A DNA stretch of 63,410 bases, the filler included, from an uncultured Chlamydiae bacterium (GTDB lineage Bacteria > Chlamydiota > Chlamydiia > Chlamydiales > SM23-39): NCBI GenBank assembly GCA_937899275.1. It is 7 parts of 7 records of this genome, joined end to end, with 100 filler letters (N's around TTAATTAATTAA, not from the genome) between each part and the next. Parts side by side here need not be neighbours in the genome. Positions count along the whole stretch, not along the records: positions 21,480 to 37,565 come from CALBPE010000041.1; positions 37,666 to 53,728 come from CALBPE010000042.1; 5 more parts are not named here. One strand, given 5' to 3'. A program made the translations under genes and the position numbers. Shown here piece by piece: positions 31,248 through 40,870 of this stretch (position 1 is its first letter; the number at the start of each line of letters is the position of its first letter). Below the pieces are notes generated by a model. That model saw nothing but the letters and a program-made list of their open reading frames with translations. It was not told the origin of the DNA and did not search any database.

Positions 31248-32551
31248 AAAACGCTATTTTATCCATCGAGAAGTATAACCGTAAGGGAGTAGGTATTGGA
31301 AAGCTTGCTTCTGGTAAACAAGTAGAAGTTATCCATAGCGTAGTCGGAGATCAGCTCGACGTCCTTTTAAAATCTCGCAAGAAAAAAGGGCGCATTCAAG
31401 AGATCCTTTCTCCTTCGGAAAATCGGACCGCACCTCGCTGCGCTCATGCGCATATCTGCGGCGGCTGCACATGGCAGCAAAAAAGCTATCAAGCGCAGCT
31501 TGCGTATAAGCAAGAGGTGATACAAAAGCTGTTTATGGGATTTAGCTCTGTAGAAATTTTTCCTATATTAGGTATGGAAGATCCGTTTTACTACCGCAAT
31601 AAAATGGAGTTTTCTTTTTCAGAAAATGCAGCAGGAACAAAATTCTGCGGGCTCATGATTGCAGGGGCTTCGAAGTATGTACACAACGTGGAAATATGTC
31701 ATCTAGTACGTCCTTGGTTTTCTGAAGCGCTACAAAGCGCGCGCCTTTGGTTTGAAACATCTGCAATACCTGCATATCAGCCGCAAAAAAATAGGGGTAG
31801 TTTACAAACTTTGATGTTAAGAGAAGGGATGCGTACAGGGGAAAAAATGGCTGTTCTTACGGTAAGAGAACCTATTGATCCCACAGGTTTTATAGAAAAA
31901 ATGCGCCCTTTTTGCTCTACTATTTATCTCTGTTTTCAAGATGCAGAAAAAGGAAGGCCTACGCGCATTTCCTATGAGCTTTTACATGGTAAAGCGCATA
32001 TCACAGAGATTCTTTGTTACCAAGAGCAAAACTACCGGTTTCATATCGGTCCAAAATCTTTTTTTCAACCCAACACCTTCCAAGCGGAAAAACTATACCA
32101 AATCGCCCTGCAATTTATTGAAAAGAAAGAAGTGGTCATGGACCTTTATTCAGGGACAGGAACCATTGCAGCTTTAGCTGCAAAAACAGCGGGTAAAGTC
32201 ATCGCGATTGAGCAAAATCCAGAAGCCGTAGAAGATGCCAAAAGAAATTTCCAGGAAAATCAAATAGAAAACGTTACGGTTTTTGCAGGAGATGTAGGCG
32301 CTTTTCCCGTAGATGAAAGAGTAGACACTGTGCTACTAGATCCTCCACGAATGGGCCTCGATCAAAAAGCGCTGCGGTTTGTGCTGCAAAAATCTCCGAA
32401 AAAAATCATCTATATTTCTTGTAATCCCTATACACAAAAAGACAATATCGAGGAGTTTGTACAAGCAGGTTACAGGTTAAAACAGGTGCTTCCTGTCGAT
32501 CAATTTCCCCATACATATCATATTGAAAATGTAGCGTACTTAGAAAGATGA
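31244..32551 (+). CDS. rlmD: 23S rRNA (uracil-5)-methyltransferase
   Basis: C.H...CGGC.WQ, YRNKMEF, FFQPN, DLYSG.G, DPPR.G, YISCNP, DQFPHT.H.E. Confidence 0.92.
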   Translation: MKNAILSIEKYNRKGVGIGKLASGKQVEVIHSVVGDQLDVLLKSRKKKGRIQEILSPSENRTAPRCAHAHICGGCTWQQKSYQAQLAYKQEVIQKLFMGFSSVEIFPILGMEDPFYYRNKMEFSFSENAAGTKFCGLMIAGASKYVHNVEICHLVRPWFSEALQSARLWFETSAIPAYQPQKNRGSLQTLMLREGMRTGEKMAVLTVREPIDPTGFIEKMRPFCSTIYLCFQDAEKGRPTRISYELLHGKAHITEILCYQEQNYRFHIGPKSFFQPNTFQAEKLYQIALQFIEKKEVVMDLYSGTGTIAALAAKTAGKVIAIEQNPEAVEDAKRNFQENQIENVTVFAGDVGAFPVDERVDTVLLDPPRMGLDQKALRFVLQKSPKKIIYISCNPYTQKDNIEEFVQAGYRLKQVLPVDQFPHTYHIENVAYLER

Positions 32552-32616
32552 AGTAGTGTGTAGTTTGAAAAAAAGAAGAAGATCCCGTATATTTCCTCTA
32601 ATTTTTTTATATTGAT

Positions 32617-33486
32617 ATGCGCTTAAGATTTCTTGTTTTTTACTGTATTTTTTTGGCTGTTTCCTCTTTTTCCTACGTGCCTGTAAAAGAGAGAGGTATT
32701 CCTCTATACTACTGGGAAGATCGTATGGGTAGCTGCTACAAAAATTTTGGCGATGTTTTATCGGAAAAAATTGTGGAAAGGCTTGTGGGCCATCCGATCA
32801 ATACCACATTTAACCCTAGCTTTTCTAAACATTACCAAACATGTAAGCTTCTTGCTTTAGGCTCTATTTTGCATAAAGCAGAAAACGGAGATATCATTTG
32901 GGGATCAGGTATTAATGGAAAACACTTAGATCCGCAAGACAAACGTTTTTACCGTTTTCATGCTCTTGATGTAAGAGCATGTAGAGGTCCTTTAACAAGG
33001 AAGTTTTTACTCAATTTAGGTGTAGATTGTCCTGAAGTATATGGAGATCCAGGTCTACTTCTTCCTCTACTTTTTCCAGAATTTACTAAAAATTCCCGTC
33101 CCCAAAAAGACTATATTATTCTGCCCCACTGGTCTGATCAAGAGATGTTTCAAGACGATCCTCATTTCGTTTCGATTACAGAAGATTGGCAGGAGATATT
33201 ACGGCAAATTTTAGATAGTCAGCTGGTTATCTCTAGCTCACTGCACGGTATTATTGCAGCAGAAGCTTTTGGCGTGCCTGCAAGGTACATCAAAGTCAGT
33301 AACCATGAACCTTTGTTTAAATATATCGATTACTATTTTGGTACAGGAAGACCAGAGTTTGTCTACGCCACAACTGTAGAAGAAGCGCTCATTCTTGGCG
33401 GAGAGCCCCCTCCAGAATGTGATTTAGATGCGCTGATCAAAAGCTTTCCCTATGACGCTTTTCCAAATGCTGCGCCTTTAAGGTGA
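32617..33486 (+). CDS. Polysaccharide pyruvyltransferase family protein with signal peptide
   Basis: NFGD.LS, ALGSIL, WGSG, RGPLT, GDPGLL, PH, SSSLHGII.AEAFGVP. Confidence 0.88.
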   Translation: MRLRFLVFYCIFLAVSSFSYVPVKERGIPLYYWEDRMGSCYKNFGDVLSEKIVERLVGHPINTTFNPSFSKHYQTCKLLALGSILHKAENGDIIWGSGINGKHLDPQDKRFYRFHALDVRACRGPLTRKFLLNLGVDCPEVYGDPGLLLPLLFPEFTKNSRPQKDYIILPHWSDQEMFQDDPHFVSITEDWQEILRQILDSQLVISSSLHGIIAAEAFGVPARYIKVSNHEPLFKYIDYYFGTGRPEFVYATTVEEALILGGEPPPECDLDALIKSFPYDAFPNAAPLR

Positions 33487-34632
33487 AGAGGCGCTTTGCA
33501 ATAGTTTTTTCCTCGGGAAGTCTCGATTTTGTCGGATGATTGTTTTCACTTCTTTTGGCACCGCTTTTTTTGCTAACATCTTTTGACAAACCGCATCTGC
33601 TTCTTCATATTTTTCTGTGTGGTAGGCAGCTACGCAAAGCTCCATTTCTAATCCATAAAGCGCAATCCACTCTACGTTAAATAAGCTATCTTTTGGATAT
33701 TTTGGCAGATTTTGATAGTAGTGGATTACTTGGTAGGCTTTGTCATATTCTTTTTGGTGATTGTACAATTTTGCTAGGTAATAGACCGGCTCAATTCTTT
33801 TTTTTCGGTAGCGATGTGCATCTAAAAATGCCTGCTCAATAACGCTTTTTGATAAGCCGATTTTTTCTAATAAAAGGGCAATTTGTAGGTAAGACCAAAA
33901 CACCTCTTCTTGCCATCCTCCCATTTGAATTCTTTTTTGGAAATGGATGATCGCATCTCCTGGCATGCCAGCGTCGCGGTAGCTTTCAGCAAGGTAAAAC
34001 ATGTTCCTTCTGTTGTTAGGATGATCGCTGAGGTCATCTTGCAGTAAGGCGATATTGCGTAAAAATTTTTCTTTTAGATTTTTTGCTGACGCGCCGCCTT
34101 CTTTGGTACTATAGTAGATGCCATCTAATACATCGATGGTGTGCGGCGTAAAACAGTCGATGTATTCATGGGTAGGGCCGATCCACCGCCAAGGTAGATC
34201 TGCTTTTACTAACTGCCTTTTTAAATAGGAAAACCCTTTTGTTCCTCGCCAAAATCTATAGCAATCTTTTGTTAGGGCGCCGAAGGTTTTTGCTCCAGAA
34301 AACTCGAGTACATCGTCTGCATCCATGAATAACAGATAATCGGCTTTGCCTTTAGCAAGTAAAAGCGCTTCGTTGCGGTTATGCCCGAAATTTTTCCAGG
34401 GCTTTTGCTGTATTTCTCCTGGGATATCTGACAAATAATCCTGTATTTTTTCTATCGTATCATCGGTAGATCCCGTGTCTACAATCACCCAGTAATCAAT
34501 TACATCGATTACTGACGCTAAACAGCGGATAATCACATCGCTTTCATTGCGCACAATCATATTGAGACAGACGGTTTGTTTTGCGTATATCGTCTGAGTA
34601 AAAAACAGAAAATAGAGGAGAAAATAACGCAT
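33478..34632 (-). CDS. GT2 glycosyltransferase with C-terminal TPRs and signal peptide
   Basis: CLNMIVRNES, VDTGSTD, NFGHNRN, MDADD (DxD), HE, then FYLAESY TPRs. Confidence 0.9.
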   Translation of the reverse strand: MRYFLLYFLFFTQTIYAKQTVCLNMIVRNESDVIIRCLASVIDVIDYWVIVDTGSTDDTIEKIQDYLSDIPGEIQQKPWKNFGHNRNEALLLAKGKADYLLFMDADDVLEFSGAKTFGALTKDCYRFWRGTKGFSYLKRQLVKADLPWRWIGPTHEYIDCFTPHTIDVLDGIYYSTKEGGASAKNLKEKFLRNIALLQDDLSDHPNNRRNMFYLAESYRDAGMPGDAIIHFQKRIQMGGWQEEVFWSYLQIALLLEKIGLSKSVIEQAFLDAHRYRKKRIEPVYYLAKLYNHQKEYDKAYQVIHYYQNLPKYPKDSLFNVEWIALYGLEMELCVAAYHTEKYEEADAVCQKMLAKKAVPKEVKTIIRQNRDFPRKKLLQSASSP

Positions 34633-34646
34633 AAACAGTCTCTATA

Positions 34647-36206
34647 TTAAGAAGGAGTCGCAGGAGTGCTTTCCAATAAGTTGCTATCAAGAGCAGTGAC
34701 TCGGTAATTGGCTACCTCTCCCATAACTCTATGCCTATCGGTAAAGCTCAACACATTTGGACCTACTCTGCCTATAATATGATTATTGCGGTAGATGACA
34801 TAGTTACGGACATCAGAAGAGGCGCTAGCTGTCCAGGTGATCACATTTTGCCGTTCGGTTCTTGTGTAAAAATCCACAATATTTGTTGTGACTTGTACAT
34901 TAGTTGGGGGAAGAACAAATGCGATATTTGCGCAGGCTGCTCGAACTACGCGCTTTGATCCGCTATAGCTATCCCAAACAACCGATGCGCATAGGTGATT
35001 GCCTGTTGGGGAATACGACGCATGAAGATGGGGACAGGAGTTGTACATCTCTGTAGTAAACTTTGCAAGCGTAGCCCAAGTTCTACGAAGGTGGGATTCA
35101 TTATTGGTCGCAATCATTTTAATCGACTCAATACTGCTGTCTGTCAGCATATAGGAAAGTACGCTCATACCATCGTAATCGGTAAATAATGCAAAATCGA
35201 GAAGGCCTTCATCTGTCGCTAAGATATTTGCAGGAAGCCACTTCACAGACATAGGCGGTTTAACAGACGATTCAATAACAAAAGAGCTTCCCGAATAAGA
35301 ATGTTTCCAGAGCGCTAAAAGCGTTCCATTACTACTTACCGCGGCATAGATTTTCAAATTGTTGGGATCATAGCAGCCATCATTAGAAATATCTGTTTCA
35401 TCAGACCAAGAAGTAGATCCCGCCATTTTTGTTCTAACAGATACGCGCACTCTGCAGTATACCATGGCAGGTTGAACATAAGAAAACCAAGCGACAATCA
35501 CATGGCCCGAGTCACCTACAAAAAGCGAAGGATTTACTGCATTAGTAGAAGAGAGCTTTGATTCTACAGACCAAAGGGTTGTGGTAAGATCTCCAGAGGA
35601 AATCCAAATACTAGGCACTCCTGCTGCATCCATCTCCCATGCCACATAGAGATCATTTCCTCCTCCAACAGCTACCTGGGGATTGCTCGCTCCCGCAGAA
35701 GAGATAGTGCTGCTTGTTGATGGCCATGAAAAACCTGATTTTTTAATTTTTGTTTTTAGGATAGATGCCTCGAGCCAAACAGCGATTATATCACCGCTAG
35801 GACTCATCGCAATCTCAGGGCTTGATGCTGATGAAGCAAGAGTACTTGCAGAGCCCCACGAGCCGCCAACGGGTTTTTCAGCTATTTTTAACGTAGTTCC
35901 CTCTAGCCAAAGCGCTGCGATATTACCCGAGCTATCCATGGCAATTTTTGGTGAAGATGCATCTGTAGAAGAGAGGGTCACAGCTGTGGTCCAGGCCTCT
36001 TGTGGGGGTTTTTCTCTACTGACAATTGCTGATCCTTGTACGAAGATAGCGGTAATATGTCCCGAGCTATTGATGCGTGTAACAGGGCAATGAGAATCTA
36101 CTGTATCGTCAGAAATGACCGTTGGATTGCTTAAAGTGATGGTACTGGCAAATCCTTGCACAGCTATAAAAAGTAGTATTCCTAGGTATTTCACTAGATG
36201 CGTCAT
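34647..36206 (-). CDS. Secreted Ser/Thr-rich beta-propeller protein with C-terminal FN3-like domain
   Basis: Signal peptide, repeated P.IA...SG...A.W blades, C-terminal PPTNV...NVITW...Y.IYRN...Y.VTA.D. Confidence 0.7.
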   Translation of the reverse strand: MTHLVKYLGILLFIAVQGFASTITLSNPTVISDDTVDSHCPVTRINSSGHITAIFVQGSAIVSREKPPQEAWTTAVTLSSTDASSPKIAMDSSGNIAALWLEGTTLKIAEKPVGGSWGSASTLASSASSPEIAMSPSGDIIAVWLEASILKTKIKKSGFSWPSTSSTISSAGASNPQVAVGGGNDLYVAWEMDAAGVPSIWISSGDLTTTLWSVESKLSSTNAVNPSLFVGDSGHVIVAWFSYVQPAMVYCRVRVSVRTKMAGSTSWSDETDISNDGCYDPNNLKIYAAVSSNGTLLALWKHSYSGSSFVIESSVKPPMSVKWLPANILATDEGLLDFALFTDYDGMSVLSYMLTDSSIESIKMIATNNESHLRRTWATLAKFTTEMYNSCPHLHASYSPTGNHLCASVVWDSYSGSKRVVRAACANIAFVLPPTNVQVTTNIVDFYTRTERQNVITWTASASSDVRNYVIYRNNHIIGRVGPNVLSFTDRHRVMGEVANYRVTALDSNLLESTPATPS

Positions 36207-37048
36207 AAAGTCCTTATTATTTTTTCGGGTGTTTTTTTATGTGTATCAATCGCATAAGTTGCGTCGATATAAGTATATCCTTTTTGTTCTCCATCTTTTA
36301 TTTCTTCTAGAGATAGATGTCCTGGATCACAAAAAATTGTTTTTCTTTTGTATGTATTTTTTCTTAATTTAGGTAGGTAGGTATTAACCCTGAGGGTATT
36401 TTTTTCGATATGCCGATGAGGTTTTTCTGAACTAAAGCGGTGCTTATAGGGAGTAAGCTCTGAGCTTGTCACAAATGCTGGCTGGAAAAATACTTTTGCA
36501 ACAGGATTGATTTCTTGTTGTTTTGGCAAGCACAAAAGCCGCGCTTTTGTGCATGAAGTTGCAGCGTTTAATTCATGTGCATAGTATGCCGACTCTATGG
36601 ATAAAGAAGAGCTATCAGCGTATTTTTTTAGTAGATCACAAAGAGGCGTTTTTGTAGGAACGAGGTATTCATGGGGATCTAAATAGATGAGCCATTTGGT
36701 TTTGGCTTTTGCAACGTATTTACAAGCATGTTCATAAGCGGCAATTTTCCCCACACTCAGCCCCTGAATCTCCCCATCAATTTTCGGCCAGGGGATGAAC
36801 TCGATCCACTGTTGTTTTTTATATTCTCGTATATTTTTTGGTAGATAAGATGCAGGATGGTAATAGCAAAAAAACCGCTCGATACCAATCGCTCGATGAT
36901 AAGAAATCCAATCATCTATAGCGTAGGGCGATTCTGGCAAAAATGCGCACACCTCAATCAACGCTTTTTCGGGTTTTTCCTCGTGGCAAAAGCAGTAATT
37001 TTGCAGTCCCCAAAATATATATGTAATTATTAAACGCGCGTATTTCAT
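36203..37048 (-). CDS. GT92/GT-A-like glycosyltransferase, divergent
   Basis: VCAF...WISYHRAIGIERF, Y.HAC and WLIYLDPHEYLVP correspond to GT92 EWIEYH..IG...F and W...ID.DEF.VP. Confidence 0.7.
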   Translation of the reverse strand: MKYARLIITYIFWGLQNYCFCHEEKPEKALIEVCAFLPESPYAIDDWISYHRAIGIERFFCYYHPASYLPKNIREYKKQQWIEFIPWPKIDGEIQGLSVGKIAAYEHACKYVAKAKTKWLIYLDPHEYLVPTKTPLCDLLKKYADSSSLSIESAYYAHELNAATSCTKARLLCLPKQQEINPVAKVFFQPAFVTSSELTPYKHRFSSEKPHRHIEKNTLRVNTYLPKLRKNTYKRKTIFCDPGHLSLEEIKDGEQKGYTYIDATYAIDTHKKTPEKIIRTL

Positions 37049-37565
37049 TTAATCACTCAACTTGATAATGGTTGCTACAAATACAGGCACTTCTCCTTGC
37101 AAACTATCATCTAAAAACGTGGCTAAGTTTGCCGCAGATATGATTGATACAAAAGTTAAATCAGTAGGGTTTGTGGTAACTTCAATAATCATTGACGTTG
37201 TGATCATCACGCCCACTTGATAGGTAAATAGACGCCTTGCTATATCACCTGCTCCACCTAGTCGTAGTTCAAATCCTTCATTTGCGCTGTTACAAGCCAC
37301 TCCAAAAACTACATGGTAAGAGCCTGTATCGGAAATTCTTAAAGTGCCAGTAGACGGGATACTCATGGATGTGCCTGTTGCAGTGACATCAAAAGCTGTA
37401 AAAGGAACCGATCCGTTCAACGCAACGTTTACACCGCCTGACTGCCCTAATACTGTAATATACGCATAATCCGAGCTAAAGCTTCCTGTAGGCCCTGTCG
37501 CTCCTGTGTTACCCGTGGCACCCGTCGCTCCAGTACTTCCTGTTGGACCGGTGGCTCCTGTATTA
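37049..37565 (-). CDS. Collagen-like protein, C-terminal part with BclA-C/C1q-like beta domain (5' cut by contig end)
   Basis: From the contig edge: [36 protein letters not shown]...VPF...GSYHV.F...ATIIKLSD*. Stop abuts the ATG of the GT92-like gene. Confidence 0.85.
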
Positions 37566-37665
37566 NNNNNNNNNNNNNNNNNNNNNNNNNNNNNNNNNNN
37601 NNNNNNNNNTTAATTAATTAANNNNNNNNNNNNNNNNNNNNNNNNNNNNNNNNNNNNNNNNNNNN

Positions 37666-37991
37666 CGGGTTTGCAGCATTTTATTCTTGAATCCATTAGC
37701 ATAGCCTTTTCGCTCATCGGCTTGCTGGTAAGGATGCGCCTGTAGCGCTTCTCCCCGTTCAATGAGCATAAGCTCATTGAACAGCCTTTCCAGAGCAGGG
37801 CAAAGGCTTTCTATGCCTTGACTACTTAGCTCTACTAGAGCTTCTTCAATGAGTGATGCATAATTTTGGTTTGAGGTCATGTTTTCTCCTTAGTTGTTTG
37901 GAAAGTTAAGAGAATCGGACCTCAAACCTTTTTTTTCAATAACTGAGAAGTTCTCAGCATATCGAATTTACAGACTTATTGTTACACTACC
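37666..37991 (-). mobile_element. IS256-family element: left end and transposase N-terminus (37880 to contig edge)
   Basis: LM..ER...L.A.PY...DERKGYANGFK.K.L.TR IS256 motif; terminal IR GGTAGTGTAACAATAAGTCTGTAAATT starting at 37991 on the minus strand. Confidence 0.85.
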
Positions 37992-38839
37992 AAACAATAG
38001 AAAAGCTGGCAAACGACCTCAGGTTGGAGTTTCCCAATATGAAGGGGTTTTCTCGAAGAAATGTCTATTATATGGTCCTTTTTGCAAGGGAATATCCCGA
38101 GCTGGAATTTGTGCAACAGCTTGTTGCACAAATTCCATGGGGTCATAACACCCTTTTGCTAGACAAGCTAAAAGACAGAGAATCAAGGGTTTGGTATGTA
38201 AAGAAAACTATTGAGAACGGCTGGAGCCGAAGCGTCCTTCTCCATTGGGTTGATGGTGGCCTCCATAAAAGGCAGGGAAAAGCCCTTGCCAACTTCAAAA
38301 ATACACTTACATCTCCTCATTCAGACCTCGCCCGTGAGACTCTAAAAGACCCCTATAATTTCGATTTCTTGACTCTCAGGGAGGAGTTTGACGAAAAGGA
38401 GCTGGAAGATGGGCTTATTAACCATATCCAAAAATTTCTCTTAGAGCTTGGTGCTGGATTTGCCTTTGTTGGTAGGCAGATAAATCTTTGTGTCGGCGAC
38501 CAGGACTTTTTCATCGACCTTCTTTTCTATCATGTGAAGCTTAGGTGCTTTATCGTTGTTGAACTGAAGGCGACTGAGTTCAAGCCTGAGCATGCTGGAA
38601 AAATGAACTTCTATCTCACTGCTGTTGATAGAACCATGAAGCATCCAGATGACAAGCCAACCATCGGGCTTCTGCTTTGCAAAACCAAAAACAAAGTCGT
38701 CGCAGAGTATGCACTCCAGGACATCAATAAGCCGCTAGGGGTCGCGGAGTACGAAACTAAAATCATTGAATCATTGCCTGATGACTTGAAGGGTTCATTG
38801 CCCACTATCGAGGAAATTGAGCACGAGTTTGAGGAGTAA
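37992..38839 (+). pseudogene. yhcG: YhcG/DUF1016 PD-(D/E)XK nuclease domain gene, 5' end cut off by IS256
   Basis: GFSRRN, PWGHN, KDPYNFDFL, LELGAGF.FVGRQ, IDLLFYH, VELK. The usual N-terminal LYW.IG region is replaced by the IS end. Confidence 0.85.
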
Positions 38840-38842
38840 ATT

Positions 38843-39033
38843 TTGGGCCACTATTGGGCCAGAACATCGCTTCACACCACGTGATTTTTCATAATCCCAC
38901 CTATCATTGAATCATCAGACATGCTATAGTTTCTCTCGTAAGATTACTGGAAGTTATGCAGTATTATGTAGGAGACAGCGACTTAAAATCCCTTGGGAGA
39001 AGTCCCGTGTGGGTTCGAGTCCCACTCTGAGCA
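38843..39033 (+). mobile_element. att scar of an integrative element: 3' half of tRNA-Leu(TAA) plus arm-type repeats
   Basis: GACTTAAAATCCCTTGGGAGAAGTCCCGTGTGGGTTCGAGTCCCACTCTGAGCA (38980-39033) with no 5' half; TTGGGCCA repeated at 38843 and 38854. Confidence 0.8.
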
Positions 39034-39148
39034 ATATTGTATTACAAAGACGGAAGTTGAATAAGCTTTCAATTTTCAGTTTCCAGGAAATCCAAATCGC
39101 ACACTCTCAAATGACAAAACAGGATAAATTCCAGTAAAAATAGCCTTT

Positions 39149-39787
39149 TTGTTGTACGGGAAAATGACAGCTCTAGACTTCGTTGGTCCTCATGAAATTC
39201 TATCAAGATTGCCACACGCAAGTTCGCTTCGTGTTGCAGTAGAAGCGGGCTGTATACTTACCGATTCTGGTCTTGTATTGGATGCAGACCTTTCATTATC
39301 AGATGTAAGTGAGGCAGACATACTTGTTATTCCTGGAGCTGGTAATGCTACCTCTCTCAAAACTCACCCGAATATTCTTGCTTGGGTTAGGCAAATTCAT
39401 CAAACGACAACCTGGACAACCTCAGTGTGTACTGGTAGCTTAATCCTCGGCGCCGCTGGCATATTGAATGGGATAAAAGCTACAACCCACTGGGCAGCAT
39501 TTGAACGTCTAAACTCTTATGGAGTCAAGCCAACCCATGCACGTGTTGTTGAAGATGGAAAAATCATGACTGCTGCAGGGGTTTCGGCTGGTATTGACAT
39601 GGCATTAGTCTTAGCCTCAAAAGTCGTCGGACCAGAGTTCGCACAAACAATACAGCTAGGTCTAGAGTATGACCCAAATCCTCCTTTTGACATAGGCTCC
39701 CCCGATAAGGTTCCAAAAGAGATGAAAGACAAGCTAAAAGCTAGAATGGTATCTTTTTTTGAGGAGGAGTCTTCGGGTCATACCTGA
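39149..39787 (+). CDS. DJ-1/PfpI family protein (InhA-like)
   Basis: LD.VGP.E, PG, SVCTGSL.L.AAG.L.G..ATTHW, TAAGVSAGID, QL.LEYDP.PPF. Start unclear: the in-frame KIAF is preceded by GTA. Confidence 0.88.
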   Translation: MLYGKMTALDFVGPHEILSRLPHASSLRVAVEAGCILTDSGLVLDADLSLSDVSEADILVIPGAGNATSLKTHPNILAWVRQIHQTTTWTTSVCTGSLILGAAGILNGIKATTHWAAFERLNSYGVKPTHARVVEDGKIMTAAGVSAGIDMALVLASKVVGPEFAQTIQLGLEYDPNPPFDIGSPDKVPKEMKDKLKARMVSFFEEESSGHT

Positions 39788-40120
39788 AGTAGCCCCCAAA
39801 AAAGTGGAAGACTAACCTGCTAACTTCGTTTTTTCTATATACTCTCTTAGTAAGAGCATTTTTAAAGCCTGCCATTCGTGTAGTTTTTCCATCACAACTT
39901 TAGCATTTGAGATGTCATTTGGCCATACGCTGTATAGTCTCTTTTACACGTTGTAACAAACGCTTTTGAGATCCCATTACTCTCTGGACTATAAACCGGC
40001 GTTGTGCAGATTTCTAAGCCCAGGTTTTTAGCGGACGGTTTCTTGAGCTGTGTAAAAGCTTCCGTTATCCTATAGCTATTGGACTGGTGCGGTTAACCGG
40101 TTTTGTCCTGTTCTATCCTC
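39785..40120 (-). mobile_element. IS3-family (IS2 group) remnant: 3' part of integrase gene and right end
   Basis: Reverse complement nearly identical to 60762-61109; encodes Q*L*DNGS and SPESNG.S.AFV.T.KRDY. Confidence 0.8.
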
Positions 40121-40309
40121 AAAGATTTTGCCTTATAAAAATAAGAGGCTTAGTTAGTTGAGTTTGACTGTAGACGTTTTTTTGCTTTTAGCTATGTTCT
40201 ATATAAAAAGCTATTATTTATTAAAAAAGCGCTTATATAGTTAATTATTTATTGAAATTTAAATTAAAATATTATATAATATAAATAATTAAAAGTTAAA
40301 GAGGCTGTA

Positions 40310-40738
40310 ATGAGTTCTGCTCCACCAAACCAGTTTCCAGCATCTGCTAGGCAAGATTTAAATTCTATTCGGCTGCTACATGATCTTGAAGAAATTCCTG
40401 TCATGAGTACGGTTTTTTCATTGGTCAATATCGTAGCTGCCATAGCGAAAAATATCTTTACGGTATTTGTGGAGGCAACGGGATGTGGCCATGAAACTTT
40501 GCAAAAAATCAAATCAAGTGTCTATGGAAGGTATTTAGAGGAAACGAGTGTCGTACGGTATTTTTTGGGTTTGATTCCTTTCGCTATTTCTCTGCTAAAC
40601 TGGGCAAATTCTGATTATACTTATAGAGACAAATATACCGTAGAGATTGAATCTAGCAAAGATGGTCTTTTTTTTGATAGCAAGGAATGTTCTGCAAGAG
40701 AGCTAGAAATATTAACAAGGATGCAAAAAACCGCATAA
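40310..40738 (+). CDS. Small chlamydial effector-like protein, paralog of 59358-59768
   Basis: Shared LLH.LE..PV..T, VY..YL.E....RY..GLIPFAI.L.N; AT-rich promoter region. Confidence 0.65.
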   Translation: MSSAPPNQFPASARQDLNSIRLLHDLEEIPVMSTVFSLVNIVAAIAKNIFTVFVEATGCGHETLQKIKSSVYGRYLEETSVVRYFLGLIPFAISLLNWANSDYTYRDKYTVEIESSKDGLFFDSKECSARELEILTRMQKTA

Positions 40739-40870
40739 AATTTTTGGAGAAAAATGCCGTTTCAAATATTTTGTGACAGTACAATCCTACTAATAGATAA
40801 AATTATAGGAATGATTTAAATTAAATATAGTTTATTTTGTTAGATTAATAATTAAAAAGGAGAAGAGATG

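Noticed and set aside
38950..39033. Complete tRNA-Leu gene
   Set aside because: No 5' acceptor strand or D-arm, and the anticodon stem is mismatched; treated as an att fragment.
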